Source: an uncultured Gemmatimonadales bacterium
GTDB lineage: Bacteria > Gemmatimonadota > Gemmatimonadetes > Longimicrobiales > RSA9
DNA: 64,000 nucleotides
Assembly: GCA_963708135.1 (NCBI GenBank)
Contig: OY970192.1
Coordinates: forward strand, 4,416,001-4,480,000
Direction of reading: 5' to 3'
Part shown: positions 61,784 through 64,000 of the stretch, piece by piece
How the letters are laid out: each line of letters starts with the position of its first letter
Position numbering within the stretch: position 1 is the stretch's first letter
Translations under genes and position numbers: made by a program
Notes under the pieces: model-generated
What the model saw: the letters and a program-made list of their open reading frames with translations, nothing else
Databases searched by the model: none
Told to the model about the DNA's origin: nothing

Positions 61784-63427
61784 ATGCGGATCGGACCCCG
61801 GACCATTGCGCCAGCGCTCGCCGCGGCGGCGCTGCTCGCGACGGCATCGTGCAGCGACCGCCCCCTGCCGACCATCACCGAGAAGCCGCAGGCGGCGGTG
61901 ACGGCCGCGTCGCCGAACAACATGAAGGTCAAGGTGAAGCAGCTGCAGCTCGACGCCAACACCCTGCGGATCGATGGCCCCGTCGACAGCGGCTACGTCA
62001 GCATCGGCAACTCCGGGACGGCCATCCAGAGCGGCGTCGAGATCGTTGCCGAGATCACCCAGGGCGCGGCTTCGCGGCGGGCCATGAAGCGCATCGTCAA
62101 CTGCGCGCCGAGCCAGGATCCGGAGCAGGACGGCTTCCTGCCGAGCGGCACGTGCGAGCTCCGCTTCGCCGCCACGGCGTGGAACAATAGCCTGCCGGGA
62201 GAGGGGATCCTCGCCCCCGGCGCCGCGGACTTCACCCTGCACGTCCTGCAGGCACAGGACGGGACGGAGCTGGCCAGCAAGTCGGTCGCCGTCAACCTCG
62301 TGGGAACCCCGAGCATCCTGTCCATCGAGCTCGCCAGCACGACGATCGCCATCGACGGGCCGTCCACCACCTACACGGCCATCATCCAGAACCCGGCGAA
62401 GGACCTCCAGAACGTGCTGCTCCAGGGCTACATCGTGCAGACCATCGGGGGCGTGAGCGTGACGCATCCGGCCGGCGGCACGCTCGTCATCTGCGGCGGA
62501 GGCATCGGCGTGTTCCCGGGCGGGAGCTGCACGGTCACGTTCAGCGTGGGCGCATCGAACGCGAACGGTGTCGGAACCCTCGTTCCCGGCGCCGCGCTGT
62601 TCGAGCTCGACCTGAACCAGAGCAGCACGAACTTCGACGTGAGGACGGTGCCGGTCACGCTCGACTCGGGCGCGCCGAAGATCACGAGCCTGACGCTCGC
62701 GTCCACGCAGGTCGTGATCGGCGGCGACCACGTCGGCTGGACCGCCGAGCTGCAGAACTACGGCTTCCCGCTCGACAACGTGCTGCTCCAGGGCTACGTC
62801 GTGCAGACGACCCAGAGCGGGACGGCGGAGACACCGGCGGGCGGCGTCAGCGTCAGCTGCGGCGCGGGCACGGGCGTCCTGCCCACCACCGCCCAGTGCA
62901 CGGTCAGCTTCAACATGAGCGCGTCGAGCGGCCCTGGCGGCACGCTGGTTCCGGGTGTCGCCCGCTTCGTCCTGCACATGTACAAGACCGGCGGCACGCT
63001 CACGGAGCTCGACAGCGCGAGCGTCAACATCTTCCTGACGGATGCCAGCGGGTGCTTCCCGGGGCTGCCGAAGCCGCAGGTCACGGTCGAGAGCCGCACC
63101 TGGGACAACGGCTTCGATCACGTCGAGCTGGACGTCCCGAACTACAGCTCGTTCCCCGACGCGCTGTTCGCGCCCGCGCCCAACCTGGAGGCGTGCGGCC
63201 TCAACACGAGTTCGCCGCGCTCGTGGGTGAACATCCTGCGGGCGGACGATCGCTCCTACGTCTTCGGCTTCTGTTCCTTCGGGCAGGCGTCGGACCTGAA
63301 CCTGCTCTGGTACTCGTGGCCGCTGGACCAGTCGCCGCCCGCGGCGATCATCGTCCAGATCGAGGACAGGCAGTGCAACCTGACCTACGAGTCCGATCCG
63401 GTCACGCTGCCGGCCGTGATCCAGTAG
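61784..63427 (+). CDS. Lipoprotein with three tandem about-122-aa beta repeats and a 4-Cys C-terminal domain
   Basis: Lipobox TASC; repeated NVLLQGY.VQT...PAGG..V.CG.G.GV...CTV.F...GTLVPG.A.F.L; GGAGG SD. Confidence 0.82.
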   Translation: MRIGPRTIAPALAAAALLATASCSDRPLPTITEKPQAAVTAASPNNMKVKVKQLQLDANTLRIDGPVDSGYVSIGNSGTAIQSGVEIVAEITQGAASRRAMKRIVNCAPSQDPEQDGFLPSGTCELRFAATAWNNSLPGEGILAPGAADFTLHVLQAQDGTELASKSVAVNLVGTPSILSIELASTTIAIDGPSTTYTAIIQNPAKDLQNVLLQGYIVQTIGGVSVTHPAGGTLVICGGGIGVFPGGSCTVTFSVGASNANGVGTLVPGAALFELDLNQSSTNFDVRTVPVTLDSGAPKITSLTLASTQVVIGGDHVGWTAELQNYGFPLDNVLLQGYVVQTTQSGTAETPAGGVSVSCGAGTGVLPTTAQCTVSFNMSASSGPGGTLVPGVARFVLHMYKTGGTLTELDSASVNIFLTDASGCFPGLPKPQVTVESRTWDNGFDHVELDVPNYSSFPDALFAPAPNLEACGLNTSSPRSWVNILRADDRSYVFGFCSFGQASDLNLLWYSWPLDQSPPAAIIVQIEDRQCNLTYESDPVTLPAVIQ

Positions 63428-63455
63428 CACCGGCGCTCGCCGCCGGACGCATGCG

Positions 63456-63490
63456 CCGCGGCGCGCCGCAATCCTCGCGGCGCGCCGCGG
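63456..63490. terminator. Perfect 14-bp hairpin between convergent genes
   Basis: CCGCGGCGCGCCGC-aatcctc-GCGGCGCGCCGCGG; no U tract. Confidence 0.5.
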
Positions 63491-63539
63491 AGGAGCGCGG
63501 CGACCGGGTCGCTCCGCTCCGGAGCTGCATCGCGACCCG

Positions 63540-64000
63540 TCAGCCGCCCCGCGGCCGGCCCGATGCGTGGCCCGGGTCCAGCTCGCGCAGCAGGAACAGC
63601 TTGGCCTTGACCCAGTCGCGCTCGACCGTACGGGGCGTGACCCCGAGCATCTCCGCCACCTCGTGCTCGGGCACACCGCCGAAGAAGCGCAGCTCCACGA
63701 CCCGGCGCAGCCGTTCGTTCAGCGCGTCCAGCTGGTTCAGCGCGCTGTCCAGCGCGAGCAGCTCCTCGAGCTCGACCTGCAGCGTGGCCTCCGCGTCGCT
63801 CAGCGAGATCCGCTGCCAGCCCCGACCACGCTTCGCCGCGCCGCGCCGGCGCGCGAAATCCGTGAGTACCTGACGCATCGCCCGCGCGGCCGCCCCGAAG
63901 AAGTGCGCCCGGCTCTGCCATCCGGCCCCCGGGTCGTGTGCCAGCCTCAGGAACGCCTCGTGGACGAGCTCCGTCGTACACAGCGTGGCGCCGGCGCCCG
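63540..64000 (-). CDS. ECF sigma factor, TIGR02999 type; 5' end lies outside the window
   Basis: In frame upstream of the listed ORF: ATLCTTELVHEAFLRL...WQSRAHFFGAAARAMRQVL; LRFFGG, TVERDW.KAK. Confidence 0.92.
   Translation of the reverse strand, partial: GAGATLCTTELVHEAFLRLAHDPGAGWQSRAHFFGAAARAMRQVLTDFARRRGAAKRGRGWQRISLSDAEATLQVELEELLALDSALNQLDALNERLRRVVELRFFGGVPEHEVAEMLGVTPRTVERDWVKAKLFLLRELDPGHASGRPRGG

Overview
High-GC (roughly 70-75% by eye) bacterial chromosomal segment with about 52 genes. No rRNA, tRNA, CRISPR array, transposase or integrase is visible. Gene content (ADOP/MacB orphan permease, three TIGR02999-type ECF sigma factors with Ser/Thr kinases, stand-alone TonB, many secreted peptidases) suggests a Gemmatimonadota-like diderm; this is inference only. 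Left to right: metX (partial) and metY, DUF2914-like protein, CPA1 Na+/H+ antiporter, secreted aspartyl protease, beta-barrel, recQ, methyltransferase, ADOP permease, ycaQ-like glycosylase, K+ channel, Acg nitroreductase, stand-alone infC with non-AUG start, tandem USP, YIP1, S9 and M14 peptidases, stand-alone rpsU, MutS-related ATPase, DAACS symporter, proline dehydrogenase, TonB, SURF1, FeoA-like protein, acyl-CoA ligase, DUF1080, M13 peptidase, a sigma54 regulator/kinase/lipoprotein triad, an ECF-kinase/pseudo-cyclase/STAND-DUF4242 operon, DUF1326/DUF2182, a secreted protein-Bor lipoprotein-FAD oxidase operon, Gfo/Idh/MocA plus DUF1080, a broken methyltransferase, and further ECF/kinase modules. 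Top finding: an unannotated 32-codon Met/Cys-rich leader peptide ([15 protein letters not shown]...) between a sigma70 promoter and a strong intrinsic terminator upstream of metY-metX, with mutually exclusive protector/antiterminator pairings. This looks like a classical ribosome-mediated transcription attenuator sensing Met and Cys. Second: six promoters share a sigma54 box plus a 25-bp AT-rich dyad, some with a further upstream dyad.
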